A stretch of DNA of 34,421 bases from Octopus bimaculoides (Eukaryota), in the NCBI RefSeq assembly GCF_001194135.2, contig NC_068982.1, forward strand, positions 81,370,065 through 81,404,485. The letters run 5' to 3'. Positions 34,160 to 34,421 of this stretch are shown here, piece by piece. Position 1 is the first letter of the stretch. The number at the start of each line of letters is the position of its first letter. A program made the translations under genes and the position numbers. The notes beneath the pieces are model-generated. The model did no database searches. It was given only the letters and a program-made list of their open reading frames with translations, and was not told the DNA's origin.

Positions 34160-34421
34160 GTGAATCCCTAAAACTCGAGAACTACGCAACCAATTTCATT
34201 CAAATTTTACACATGCCTTACTTAGGGTTCCAGTTGTGTTTTAGTCAAAAACATTTTAACTTCTTGCAGAGTTCGAGCCCACGGCAACATAATATCTCCT
34301 CCACTATTTAAGTATTACGTGTCAAAAGTGAAACAAAAACACTCATGTCAAATACTTTCACTTTAAAAATGAAACTATTCTACTAACTGAAACAATCACA
34401 TTTCGATACTGTAATGACAGA
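34091..34421 (+). mobile_element. Probable 5' end of a non-autonomous Helitron (Lep1-like architecture)
   Basis: A|TCTATATATATAAAAATGAGAAT, then (GTCT)n, then TAAAACTCGAGAACTAC..ACCAATTTC..AAATTTT. The 3' hairpin/CTRR end is not in the window. Confidence 0.55.

Overview
Repeat-saturated, AT-rich animal genomic DNA from a draft short-read assembly, with 12 N-gaps totalling about 4.2 kb, mostly flanked by microsatellites. The repeat families look like those of Octopus/coleoid cephalopods; this is inference from remembered repeat sequences, not a database hit. No intact protein-coding gene is supported, and most listed ORFs are microsatellite or gap artefacts. The window holds five decayed Tc1/mariner-superfamily elements (one DD37D maT-like, four DD34D mariners, two of which abut and share one TA). 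It also holds several R4/Dong-type and Tx1/L1-type LINE fragments, two tRNA-derived SINE families, and a probable Helitron 5' end. The most notable structure is a 2.26 kb Penelope-like element (18341-20603). It carries a decayed minus-strand linker plus GIY-YIG endonuclease ORF, with no RT core, between inverted pseudo-LTRs. Each pseudo-LTR contains a complete hammerhead ribozyme core with a self-complementary (dimer-type) stem III and an unusually long stem II. A few plus-strand splice-bounded open frames may be host exons but are unproven.
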